A stretch of DNA of 64,000 bases from contig CP086569.2 of assembly GCA_009914755.4 (NCBI GenBank), forward strand, positions 13,440,001-13,504,000, given 5' to 3'. Shown here in pieces: positions 50,937 through 64,000 of the stretch. The DNA is from the human T2T-CHM13v2.0 reference genome, Homo sapiens. How positions within the stretch are numbered: the first letter of the stretch is position 1; each line of letters begins with the position of its first letter. Under the pieces are notes generated by a model. The model saw only the letters and a list, made by a program, of their open reading frames with translations. It was not told the origin of the DNA and searched no databases. The position numbers and the translations under genes are program-made.

Positions 50937-51587
50937 ACCTTCTGCACAGAAAAGGAAACAGTCAACAAAGTGAAGAGACAACCCACAGAATAGAAGAAAA
51001 TATTTGCAAACTACCCATCTGACAAAGCATTAATTACCAGCATATATAAATAGCTCAAACAACTCTATAGGGAAAAAAAAATCTAACAATCTGATAAAAA
51101 AAATGCATAAAAGATTTAAATAGACGTTTCTCAGAGGAAGACATACAAAGGGCAAACAGGCATGTGAAGATGTGCTCAATATCATTGATCACCCAAGAAA
51201 TGTAAATCAAAACCACAATGAGATATCATCCTACCTTAGTTAAAATGGTTTATATACAAAAGACAGGCAGTAATAAATGCTGGTGAGGATGTGGAGAAAG
51301 GGAACCCTCATATAAGTTGGAGCTAATGTAAAATGCAAATTAGTACAACCACTATGGAGAACAGTTGGAGGGTCCTCAAAAAAAAAATAAAAATAAAAAT
51401 AAAAACTGAAACTTGAGATACCATATGACTCAGAGTCCTACTGCTGAGTATATACCCAAAAGAATGGAAATTCATATATTGAAGAGATATCTACACTCCT
51501 GTTTGTTTTAGCATTGTTTACAATAGATAAGATTTGCAAGCAACCTAAGTGTCCATCAGCAGATGAATGGATAAAGAAAATGTAGTG

Positions 51588-51867
51588 GCTGGCCATGGTG
51601 GCTCACACCTGTAATCCCAGCACTTTGGGAGGCCGAGGCAGGGGGATCACGAGGTCAGGAGTTCGAGACCAGGCTGGCCAATATGGTGTCACCCCGTATC
51701 TACTAAAAAATACAAAAATTAGCCAGGTGTGGTGGTGAGCACCTGTAGTCCCAGCTACTGGGGAGGCTGAGGCAAGAGAATCGCTTGAACCAGGGAGGCA
51801 GACTGTTGCAGTGAGCTGAGATCATGCCACTGCACTCCAGCCTGGGCAACAGAGTGAGACTTTGTCT

Positions 51868-51898
<31 letters not shown>
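51588..51898 (+). mobile_element. Alu SINE (sense, young-looking, 35-nt poly-A) with a ~14-bp target-site duplication
   Basis: ggctggccatggtggctcacacctgtaatcccagcactttgggaggccgaggcagggggatcacgaggtcaggagttcgagaccaggctggccaat...gcactccagcctgggcaacagagtgagactttgtctc followed by A35. The flanks are aaagaaaatgtagtg and aaagaaaatgtggtac. Confidence 0.85.
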
Positions 51899-51899
<1 letters not shown>

Positions 51900-52116
51900 A
51901 GAAAGAAAAGAAAATGTGGTACATATACACAATGAAGTACTATTCAGCCATAAAAAAAAATAAGATCCAGTCATTTGCAACAAGATAAATAGAACGGGAC
52001 ATCATGTTAAGTGAAATGAACCAGGCACAGAATAACAAACATCACATGTTCTCACTAATTACTGGGATCTGAAAAATCATAACAATTGAGCACATGAACA
52101 TAGAGAATAGAAGGAT

Positions 52117-52436
52117 TGGGCCAGTCATGGTGGCTCACACCTGTAATCCCAGTACTTTGGGAGGCCAAGGAAGTCAGATTGCTCAAGTCCAGGACTTTGA
52201 GACCAGCCTGAGCAACATAGTGAAATGCCATCTCTACTAAACATACAAAAATGAGCCAAGCATGGTGGTGCACACCTGCAGTCCCAGCTACTTTGCAGGC
52301 TGAGGTGAAAGAATCATCTGAGCCTCCAGAGGTCGTAGCTGCAGTGAGCCAAGATCACACCATTTCACTCCACCCTTGGCGACATAATGAGACCCTGATT
52401 CAAAAAGGAAACGGAGAGAGAGGAGAGAGAGAGAGT
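52117..52436 (+). mobile_element. Alu SINE (sense) with a GA-rich tail
   Basis: gggccagtcatggtggctcacacctgtaatcccagtactttgggaggccaaggaagtcag...gccaagatcacaccatttcactccacccttggcgacataatgagaccctgattcaaaaaggaaacggagagagagg. Confidence 0.8.
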
Positions 52437-52625
52437 AGGCAGATGGTTGCCAGAGGCTGGGAAAGGTAGTGGGAGTCTCAGCAGGGAGATGGAGGTGATT
52501 AATCAGTACCAAAAAAAATAGTTAAAAAAAATTAATAACATCTAGTATTTGATAGCAGAACCAGATGACTATAATCAATAATAACATAATTATATATTTT
52601 TAAATAACTTAAAGAGTATAATTGG

Positions 52626-52917
52626 GGCTGGGAATGGTGGTTCATGCCTATAATCCCAGGACTTTGGGAGTCCAAGGTGGCCAGATCACCTGAGGTCAGG
52701 AGTTCAGGACCAGCCTGGCCAACATGGTGAAACCCTGTCTCTACTAAAAAATACAAAATTAGCCAGGCATGGTGGTGGGCACCTGTAATCCCAGCTACTC
52801 AGGAGGCTGAGACAGGAGAATTGCTTGAACCTGGGAGGTGGAGGTTGCGGTGAGCCAGGATAGCACCATTGTAATCCAGCCTGGGCGACAAGAGTGAAAC
52901 TCCATCTCTAAAAAAGA
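52626..52917 (+). mobile_element. Alu SINE (sense) with a target-site duplication of about agagtaWaatt
   Basis: ggctgggaatggtggttcatgcctataatcccaggactttgggagtccaaggtggccagatcacctgaggtcaggagttcaggaccagcctggccaacatggtgaaaccc...aatccagcctgggcgacaagagtgaaactccatctctaaaaaagaagag. Confidence 0.8.
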
Positions 52918-53974
52918 AGAGTAAAATTTGATTGTTTGTAACACCAAAGATAAATGCTTAGGGAATGGACACCTCCTACTCCATGATGTGCTTATTTAAC
53001 ATTGCATGCCCCTATCAAAACATCTTATATACCCCATAAATAGATACCTCTACTATACACCCACAAAAACTAAATAAAAATAAATAAATATATTGATTTC
53101 TGTATTTGGGTAATACATACTGTATGATAAATAGACAATAAATATAATGATAAAATGAGACAATTTCATTAATTCACATCAATTATAAAGACTCTAAGAT
53201 ATTTGCACACAGAACCTTAAAAAATTAATTGTCAAATACCTTGATAGAAATCACCACATAACAGGTGTGAAAGAGCATTAGGTGCTATGGTTATTGTGTC
53301 TCAAAATAGTGTCTTTATTTTATACTTTCAAAAAATTTGCAAAAACTTGGTCTTTGGAATACAACTTTTAATTGTTAAAGCTATAGAGGTTTCACATGTG
53401 TATAATTTGCTTCATACAATGCTTATTTCAAAGTGTTATATATAGGAGCTGAATATGTTTTTAGTAACAGTGGTACTCAGGATACATAAACTAGTTTCAG
53501 TTATTCTGAGTATGCTATGATTGTCAGCTATCTGGATATTAGACAGCGTAGGTAACAATTTCAAATTATTGTTCAGTGAGCAATATAAATGGACACAAAG
53601 TCTGACATAGGAAAAAAATGGAAATACTATTTTGACAGTTACCTGTCAACCTACTTCTTTAATTGCAAATAAAATATGAGATTACATCAAAAGAAAACAC
53701 ATGTTAATTTACTTCACATATGATGCTTTTTAAAGTTCACTGGAGTCTTAAAAGTATGTAGTAATATATACATATGCTCCATTTACCTGCAGTAAACCAA
53801 GAAGTAAGGGGGGGGCCATGACACTTTTCTACTTACACCCTGATTGTTTTGTTTCATTGTGATAAACCAGAATTTCATAAATCCAGGGTACCTTTGTCTA
53901 CTACAGTAAGCTGTGAATCTTTTATAATAAACTACAACATACTTTTTTTTTTAGGAAACTGTACCTGGCTGTTA

Positions 53975-54412
<438 letters not shown>

Positions 54413-55900
54413 TCATTTATTAATTATGTTAGAATAGATTTTGTAGATTTTTGAATTAATCATTTGTGTTTAAATTGAAATTAAGTTGATATATTTAAAT
54501 AATAAAAAATTCCATTAGATTTGTAACTAGTAGTCCAATAATTCAGAATAATTAAGAGTAACAAATTTTATTCTTTTTCAGTGATCCATCAGGACTAAAA
54601 TGTATAGGGGGAAAAAGGTATTTTTGTTATTTGCAAACACTATCATTTAACACCTAGTTCACAGTCATAGATTATCCCCCTGTTTCTGAATAGGTTATTT
54701 GGCAATGTATGGAGGCATTTTTAGCTGTCACAACTGTAGGGAAGGAATGGATAGTAGTGGTAACAGCTCCTGGTGAGCAGAGGTCAGAGGTGCTGCTAAG
54801 CCTCCTACAATGTACAGGACAGTTAACCAAAGCAGCAGAACAAAATGTATCCAGCCCCAAATAACAAAAATGCCTAGTTTTGGAAGACTTGTGTTAACCT
54901 AACAGTGGCACTTTGCATTAGAGGCTTTTGCATAGAGGCTTTTGGGTAGTGGATCGCGTATTTCTTCCCAGTTTCCAAATATTAGAAATCATAGCTTAGT
55001 GTACTAATAACTTAGATTAATAAAAATAAAGTTTATTGATAAACTTTAGCTCAATTAACCTAGTTTATATAAATAATACTTGGTATTGATACTGATAGAA
55101 ATGTGAGGCAGCCAAGGGCCCCCCACAGCCTTCTCCCTGGTGAAACCCTGCCTTCAAACCTAAAACAGCCTGAAAACTGAAAAATCGGACTGCTGATCTG
55201 GGAGAATCTCCAACTAGCCTGTGCACTGGGAGAATGGAGTGGAGCCACCGAAGTTCCCTTCATTTGCAGAAGGGAGGAGCCCAGCCTTTGGAGTTCCTGT
55301 GTGATAGGGCAGGAGCCAATTAACAGGCTTCCCTCTCACACTGCTGACAATTTTTCTCCTTTTCCTTTTTTTGCCCAATAAATTCTGTTTTTCTCTCCAT
55401 TCTGTGTGTCCACAAGCCTAATTTTTCTTGGATGTGTGACAAGAACCTGGATTTTAGCTGAACTGAGGAGAAAGTCCTACAACAATATCTTTCAAGGCAA
55501 ATTCTTATTGTTAACATATATAACTAAGTAAGAAATATTTGTTGTTGTGAGAGAAACCACATAGGTATATGTGCGGTGTGAACCTGCAAAATTTGAGACA
55601 GGTCTCAGTTAATTTAGAAGGTTTATGTTGCCAAGGTTGAGAATGTGTGCCTGTGACACAGCCTAGGAAGTCCTGATGACATATGTGCAAGGTGGTTGGG
55701 GCACAGCTTGGTTTTATGCATTTTAGGGAGACATAAGACATCAATATATGTAAAAGTATGTAGGTTCTGATCAGAACGGCAGGGCAACTCGAACCAGAGA
55801 GGGGGCTTCCAGGTCTTAAATAAGTAAGAGACAAATGTTTGCATTATTTTGAGTTTCTGATTGGCCTTTCCAAAGAAGGCAATCAGAATATGCATCTATT

Positions 55901-56210
<310 letters not shown>

Positions 56211-56295
56211 CTATCTCAGTGAGCAGAGGAATAACTTTAAATAGAATGGGAAGCAGGTTGCCCCCAAGCAGTTCCCAGAGTTACTATTTTCTTAG

Positions 56296-56945
<650 letters not shown>

Positions 56946-58832
56946 TTCCTTTTCTTTTTAAAAATATTTTGGAGAAAACATTTCAGAAAAAAATGAGTCT
57001 CCGTCTCAGTTTTCATATGATCTGTCATGGATAGGATGGTTTATTACTAGACAGATCCTGAAAGCTAATTTTTAGCAGGTTGTCAAGTCTCCTTTCCTAT
57101 GAAGAGAAAATAGGTGGAAGAAGAGAGAAAAACAACAACAAACAAAAGAACAATACTGGAAAATTGTTACAGTCTATATTCTTCTGAAATTCATACATCA
57201 GTAGGCAGGTATGAACGTGGCTTATGTATGTAAATAGGTTGTTGTTATTTTCATGTGAAGTTTAAGTTGTGTGGCTTCAGTTTGCAGGGCTTTAAGAAAG
57301 CACAGCTTAGTTTTCCATGACCCCAAATTAGGAAAAATGGGGGAGGGTAATGAGAAAAAACCTTGGAAAAATTATTTTGAAGACTTGTAGCCAAGAAAAA
57401 AATAGAATTCAGCCCAAACTGTAGAAAATAATAAAAGTTGAATAAAACATTAGGCAAGACTAGAATCTAATAACGGGTTTACTCTAGTTTTTGAAACATA
57501 TTTTTTTCTCTATCCAGTTTCCAATTTTTACTAGAGACAAATCATGGTAGGATCAATTTGCTTTATTTTACTTGGCCAGATTATTTGTATAAACTACAGC
57601 AAAAGTAAGTATTTTTCACATAGGCTTTTTTAAAAATTGGCTATAATGTGACTTTCTCCATAGAAGGAATCTCAGATGAGACTTTTATAAAGCCCAGCCC
57701 ATCCCTGGCTTTGTACAATCAAATACCTATGAGCTCGGTGAATTTCCTCTCCTCTTTTGGGTCCAAAATTAACTTGGAGCTTCTGTCCCTGTCAGAAAGT
57801 GACATTCTTTACTTACCACAGGTCAGGAAGCCTGTATGGGGACTCTGTACACAAAATATGTAACCACTTTTTCCAAGGACTTTATTGGCTCTGTAAATCA
57901 AGTTTGATTCCTTAAAAGAAGAATATCATTCCAGTCAATGCTGTGGTAAAATAACCAGTTTCTCCAATAGATTGTTACTGTGCTTATGCAAATAGCTATA
58001 TTGCTATAAGTTAAGAATACTCACAAATACTTTCCAAATTCTGGAGAAATCAGGTCAAGAGAAACAAATATGCTCCACATTTTATTCATATGTATTTATT
58101 AAATTATTAAAAGCTGACAATAGCACAAAAGAAAAATTTCAAGACTGAAAAACAAGGGATCAGCAATGTTTTAAGCAAAAAGTCAAGAAGTTCATATTCA
58201 TATTCAGTTCATGCAGTTATTCCTATTCTGCTTGATATTCCGGAACATTTAAATTCTCCATGAGTCCTGAAAGTTTTTCCTCTATTCTGATGTCACAATC
58301 TCCAAAGTTATCAGAAACCTGAATTCAAGAGCATCTGTTAGAGTTTATAGCTGATTATAAAACCACCTTCTAAAGAGGATCAAAATAAAACAACAGTTGT
58401 TTGTAAATCACAAAAAGTTTTAGGCAATCAGATATGCATCTATCTCAGTGAGCAGAGGGGTGACTTTGAATAGAATGAGAGGCAAGTTTTTCCTGAGCAG
58501 TTCCCAGCTTGACTTTTCACTTTAGCTTAGTAATTTTGGGGTCCTATGATTTTCCTTTTATACTATTAAGGTTTCTGTTTATCTACCTCGGTCACAATAA
58601 GCAGATTCAGTATTGACTACTGTGTAGAAGCTTCTTGTCTTAGGAATGTAGTCTACCTTGTAGAGTTGTCAGTTTAGACACTTCATTGCTTATATTGAAA
58701 AGAAAAATGCAAAGAATTTCCTTTTACTGTTTATACCACTTCCACAAAAAAGAGTTACTTCTGTTAATCTTCCTAGAATGAGAAAGCAAGTAGAAGTTCA
58801 ATACCTAGATAATGTTGTTGTTGTCATTGAAA

Positions 58833-59105
58833 TAAAGTCTCACTCTGTCACCTAAGGCTGGAGTGTAGTGTCACAGTTTCAACTCACAGCAGCCTTGACT
58901 TCCCAGGCACAACTTATCCCACCTCAGCCTCTCAAGTAGCTGGGATTGCAGGTGTGCACCCCTACACCTGGCTAACTTTTGTATTTTTTGTAGACAGGGT
59001 CTCTATGTTTCCCAGGCTTATCTCAAACCCCTGGGCTCAGGTAATCCCCATGACTTGGTCTCCCACAGAGCTGGAATTACAGGCAGGAGCCACTGTGCCC
59101 AGCCA
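58833..59105 (-). mobile_element. old Alu (AluJ-like, antisense)
   Basis: gaaataaagtctcactctgtcacctaaggctggagtgtagtgtcacag...cccacagagctggaattacaggcaggagccactgtgcccagcc. Confidence 0.8.
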
Positions 59106-59116
59106 AAAGCCTAAAA

Positions 59117-59246
59117 AAATTTCCTGAAGAAGTTTGTCACTTAATCAACCCAAAGGATGCTAGATACTGTTTCTATTTGTATCTAATATCCTATTTATAA
59201 TTGTTTCTAGTATCCTATAGCTTAAGTGACAAACTTCAGGAAAATT
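59117..59246. repeat. nested palindrome / hairpin-forming inverted repeat of about 25-bp arms with a 77-bp spacer
   Basis: The left arm aatttcctgaagaagtttgtcacttaa is at 59117-59143 and the right arm ttaagtgacaaacttcaggaaaatt at 59221-59246. They are reverse complements apart from a 3-nt indel. The spacer holds a second palindrome, tagatactgtttctatttgtatcta, and the direct repeats tatcctat...tatcctat. It sits directly 5' of the AT-rich repeat block. Confidence 0.65.
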
Positions 59247-60790
59247 CTATTATATATAATGTATACCTGGTATATTATATAATATAAAACATAATTATAT
59301 AATATTATATAATTATACAATATATAATATAATTATAATATATAAATATATAACATAGCTGGTATATCATATATAATGGGTAATATATAAGATAACATGT
59401 ATTATATATCACTTATGTATATAATATATGTTATATGTAATGTCATATATAACAATTGTTATACTATATTATGTAATATATAAAATATACAACATATATA
59501 ATTATATAACATAATACATGTTACATATGTTATATATAATATAATTATATATAATATATATGTATATATAACATTTAAATACAATAATATATTATATAAT
59601 TATATAATATTTTATATATTTATATAAAATACATAAAATATATAAAATAAAATATATAAAATATAATAATATATCATATATTATAATATATATTTATATA
59701 TTACTTATATATTATATATTATAATATATATTTATATATTATAATATATATTTATTACTTATATAATATATTATATATTATAATATATATTACTTATATA
59801 ATATATTATATATATTATATAAATATATAAATATATATATAATATATTGTGTAAATATATAAATATATATAATATATTGTATATTATATAAATATAAATA
59901 TATAAGAATATATTATATATTATATATATTACATTATATATAATATATTACATATTATATAATATATTATATTATTATAATTATATATAATAATTATATA
60001 TAATTATATATTATATATTTTATTATTATAATTATATATATAATATATTATATTATATATAATATAATATGTAACATATAACATATATTATATTATATTG
60101 TATACATTATATGTATACAATATACCTGGTATATTATATAAATATATGTTTATATATTGTTATATATTATATTATATTATATATTACATATAAATATATA
60201 ATATGTATTTATACATTATGTTATATATCATACTATATAACAAATAACATATGAATATATATTTATATGCCAGGTATATATTACATGCCTATTATAAGTT
60301 TATAATTTATGATTTTTTGTATATAATTATATATAATATATAATTATTTTATATAACATATATAATAATTATATATTATATATAATTATATATATCATAT
60401 ATATTATATATATTATTTATTATATATAATTATTATATATAACATATATAATTATGTATAATATAATATAATATATGTTATATATAATATGCTATATATA
60501 ATATAATATGTTATATATAATATGCTATATATAATATAATATATGTTATATAATATGCCATATAAAATATAATTACATATGTTATATATGATATATAACA
60601 TATTTTATAATGTATAATATATACCTGGTATATTATATAAACCAGGTATATAATATATTACCAAGTGTATGTTATATATTATAGAATAATAACAGGTTTA
60701 TGTAACAGATTTATATAATATACCAGGTATATATTGCATACCTATTATAAGCTTATAATTTATGATTTTTTGTATATTAAAATTTACTAC
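59247..60790. repeat. AT-rich (TATATAAT/ATATTATAT)n tandem repeat block of about 1.5 kb with higher-order periodicity
   Basis: Almost pure A/T built from tatat, ataat and attat motifs. Near-identical non-AT anchors recur within it: cctggtatattatata at 59265, 60123 and 60627, and ccaggtatatattRcatRcctattataagYttataatttatgattttttgtatat at 60270 and 60721. This indicates a higher-order repeat unit of roughly 450 bp. Confidence 0.85.
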
Positions 60791-61404
60791 TAAAATAGGC
60801 TATTTATATTAAGATGACAATTAAAAAATTATCACACCTTATTTACAATCAAGTTTCAATTAATGTCATCATTACTATAACTGATTTTTCTTCTTTCCTC
60901 ATTACATTCTCAGGCTTGCCTAATACAAATCTCTTTTATTTCTATCTTGTTTCTCTTTTGATGATAATTTACACTCAGATTTTATCCCCTTCATAGAAAC
61001 TAGTTTTTGATTGTGATAAAACACAACACAACAGAAAATTTACAGTTCTAACTACTTTAGGTGTAAATTCAGTGGCATTAAGTACATTCACATTGGCAAC
61101 CATCATCACCATCGGTCTCCAGAACATTTTCACCTTTCCAAACTAGAAATTTAAACCAATTAGGCAATGCTTTCCTATCCCTTCTTATGCCCCTATCTGG
61201 CAACAAATATTCCACTTCCTGTCTGTGTGAATTTGATTACTTACATGAGTGGAATCACACAATATTTTTTATTTGGTGACTGGCTTGTTTCATTTAATGT
61301 ATTGACTTTGACACTCATTCATTTTGTAGCATGTGTCATAATTTTCTTATAAGACTATTCCATTGTGTGCATAAGCCATGTATTACTTTTATTTGTTGAT
61401 AGAT

Positions 61405-61704
61405 ATGAAAGGTTAGCCGGGAGAAAGAATGAACGGACCCAAAGTCAGGCAAGCAAGTTTTATTAACCTGCCGGTCTGCTCCACAGTAAACAGAGGAGGC
61501 AGCCCTGAGTTGACACACTAAGGGGGGCTTTATGGGGTTTGACTGTGGGGGCTGGCATGGCATACATTCTGAGTAAAACCACATCCTGGAGTTGTTTTGC
61601 TAAATTCTAACAGTGCTGCATTATTTGTAGCTCAGGTTACATAACACCTAAAGGAAATCGGGAGTGGGGATCCTTGCAGAAACAGGTGGCTAAGTTTCAC
61701 CTAA
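61405..61704 (-). mobile_element. putative 3' LTR (about 300 bp) of a minus-strand class I ERV
   Basis: The minus-strand sense contains ...cctcctctgtttactgtggagcagaccggcaggttaataaaacttgcttgcctgactttgggtccgttcattctttctcccggctaacctttca. This carries AATAAA with a GCTTGCC U5-like context and ends in CA. The opposite boundary tgttaggtgaaac begins with TG next to a pyrimidine/purine tract. The boundaries are tentative. Confidence 0.35.
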
Positions 61705-64000
61705 CATTCCTTTTATTAATTTTAGGAAAAAGGAGCTTTGTGGTCATCAGGCTACCTCTTACTGAATGGGGATGAAGGTTGGGTATGGCTACTTATACAG
61801 TTTCTATCATTTTTGGAGGAGCATTATGTCCTGTAAGGTGCTGTGTATGAAGGCTTTGATCCAGTCCTGCAAGAGCTGGATTAGGAGGCATAAAAGACAG
61901 GGTCCGAAAGCTAGCAGGAGAAACAGCCCTATTGTGGGGCCAAGAAGAGGCAATAGCCAGGGTGCCCAGGAGTATTGTAGCCATTGAAGCCAGTTAGAAT
62001 GGTTATTTTGGAGTTTTTGAGCTTGGTCTTTGAGTTTTTTGACAGCATTTTGAACTACCCCAGACTTACTGAGGTAGAAACAACACTGTTCATCGAGAAA
62101 GAGACATACCTCTTTTTTCAGGTGTGAGGAGATCTAGCCTCTGGGGTTCTATAGGGTTACTGCAGCCAGGGAATCTAAATAGTTTTGTAAATGAGTGATG
62201 GAATTAGCAATTTTTTTCTAGAGTGGATTGGAGATCTTAAGAAAGTGTCCGAAAGTATGACAATGATGTTCCTAGGATTCCTGCTCTTAACCTGACCGTA
62301 GCTGTAGCTCCAAGTGCAGCTAATAAGGGAATGGACTGTATTGCTTTTTTGGGGCCGGCATGAAGCATGGCAGGGACAGGGAGGTCTTGGTCTGGGGGAA
62401 CAATGTTAATGGTGGGGGTAAATTAGGGTGCAAGTACCTGTCCAATTGGTAGGGAGACAAAAGTAGGTTGTAGATCCAAAGAAGAAGAAGACGCCTGAGA
62501 TGTTAATATAAACAGATGAGTGGATTGAGAATAGGTGTTGGAGTGTGTAAGTTCCTTATTTGGAGGGGCTTGGTTCAGCTTTGGCAATGGACTTGGAAGA
62601 GGAGTCGTTAATAGGAGAGATATTAGGGAAATGAAGTTGCAGGTGATTAAGGATATTGGTACAGGAGTTGGTGGGAGGCGAGGAAGATACTGGGAGTAGA
62701 TGCAGGGTTGAGGGGAGTGCTTTTGGAAAGGTAGAACTCAGGGTTTTTAAGAAACAGAGCATGGAGTAGTTGGATATAGGATGGAGAAAGGACACTGAGC
62801 ACTTTGCAAGAGAGTATGTCTTGTAGGTTATGTGGGCTGTGGATGGTGGTGTGTTGACCAAATGTTACGTTGTTTTGCTTTTTAATGCCAGGGTGGTGGC
62901 TGCCGCTAGGGCTCTGAGGCAAGTTGGCCATCTTTTGGTGGTACACTCTAGTTGTTTAGAAAGATAGGCTACAGGAGCAAAGGAAGGAAGATTTCCCTTT
63001 TGTTGGCCAAGAACACTGAGGGCTATTTCTTGGCGTTTGGCTGTAATAGATAATGAAGGGCTGATGGAATTGCTAATTCCATCACTCATTTACAAAACCA
63101 TTTAGATTCCCTGGCTGCAGTAACCCTACAGAACCCCAGAGGCTAGACCTCATCACACCTGAGAAATGTTTGGCAGAGATAGAGTAGGGGTGGTTACAAG
63201 AGTAGCTTTATGTTTGTGGAAGCTAGGGATTATGTTGTGGGAAGGATTTGGAGGCTCATTTAAAGGGCCTTTGGCTGCTTGATAAAGGGGTGGGCTAACA
63301 GGGCAAAGTTGGGAATTTATATTTTGAAGAAGCCTGCTAACCCCCAAAAGGAAAGGATTTTATTTTTAGAGGCGGATAGAGGCAGGCTATCTATTAAGGC
63401 TGCCCACGCTGGGGTCATGGCTTGGGCCCTGGGTGAAAGTTGGATTCCTAAATATGTTACTGTTGGGGAGGAGAGTTGTGCTTTGGAAGGAGAAACCTTA
63501 TATCCTTTATTAGCAAGAAAACTTAGTAGAATGAGATAGTGTGATTCTGAGTTTTCTTTGGGGAAGGACTACAGAGAAGGAGGTCATTTACATAGTGAAG
63601 GAGCTGACTAGGGGAGAGGTTTAGGGAGGTGAGGTTTTGAGCTACAGCTTATCTAAAGAAAGGAGGATTGTCTCTAAAGCCTTGAGGAAGGACTGTCTAA
63701 GTAAGTTGTTGTGACGAGGGTTTTAGGGTCAGGCCAGGTGAAGGCAAAGAGATCTTGGGAGTCAAGGTGAAGGGGAATGGTAAAGAAGGCATTTTTTAGA
63801 TCAATTGTAATGTAGTGGGTTGTGTTGGGAGCAACAAGGGAAAGAAGTGTGTAGAGATTAGGAACTACTGGATGGATGGTTAGGACTGCCTGATTAATAG
63901 ATTGGAGGTCTTGGACTAGTTGATAACAGCCATCTGTCTTTTTGACAGGGAGTATGAGAGTATTACATGGAAAATGGGTTGGTTTGAGGAGGCTGCACAA
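61705..64000 (-). mobile_element. gammaretrovirus-like (class I, HERV-W/9/H-like) ERV internal region (pol RT N-terminus and connection domain), running off the window end
   Basis: The minus ORF at 63674-64000 reads ...LILPVKKTDGCYQLVQDLQSINQAVLTIHPVVPNLYTLLSLVAPNTTHYITIDLKNAFFTIPLHLDSQDLFAFTWPDP, the RT fingers/palm N-terminus. The minus ORF at 62865-63089 reads ...PVAYLSKQLECTTKRWPTCLRALAAATTLALKS, the RT connection; compare MLV [29 protein letters not shown]. RNase H, integrase and env are largely missing before the putative LTR. Confidence 0.6.

Noticed and set aside
55090-55880. LTR-like segment with a poly-A signal (ttgcccaataaattctg…) and possible U3/R-like structure
   Set aside because: I could not identify TG…CA termini, a target-site duplication or a family match from memory, so I do not report it as a feature. 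RepeatMasker may well call an MST, THE1 or ERV1 LTR here.

Overview
This 64 kb window is primate, human-like nuclear genomic DNA. It is not a prokaryotic or accessory-system locus. I estimate from inspection that well over two thirds of it is interspersed or tandem repeat. There are more than 25 Alu copies, L1 fragments of several ages, ERV class I material and AT/GT/GGAT/CpG-rich tandem repeats.

The only cellular gene content is three exons, on the + strand, of an unprocessed and clearly disabled pseudogene of the SHROOM2 (APXL) family. There is a 129-bp exon at 5584-5712, a 2.15-kb large exon at 8871-11025, and the start of the next exon at 12595. The pseudogene carries multiple frameshifts and at least two premature stops. 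I suspect it is the Y-linked SHROOM2P1 copy of the Xp22.3/Yq11 homology block, but the chromosomal assignment is an inference.

The other major structures are:
- A nearly complete HERV-H provirus on the minus strand at 27010-33165. It has two LTR7s, a tRNA-His-like primer-binding site and a 5-bp target-site duplication GTTAC, and it is nested inside an older L1. A solo LTR7 lies 25 kb away in the opposite orientation.
- A full-length but ORF-disrupted L1PA on the + strand at 37383-43499, flanked by a perfect 17-bp target-site duplication. It is nested in a degraded gammaretrovirus-like ERV.
- A twin-priming L1 insertion on the minus strand at 16018-17680.
- An old L1M riddled with Alu insertions at roughly 47900-53100.
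- A 49-bp CpG-rich variable-number tandem repeat that directly abuts the acceptor of the first pseudogene exon.
- A 1.5-kb AT-rich higher-order repeat flanked by nested palindromes.
- An inverted duplication with a palindromic junction inside a third ERV at the 3' end of the window.

I found no intact protein-coding gene, no RNA gene and no undescribed system. The long ORFs in the ORF track are explained by repeat translation (the tandem repeat and the GGAT and GT-rich blocks), by retroelement ORFs, or by the pseudogene exons.
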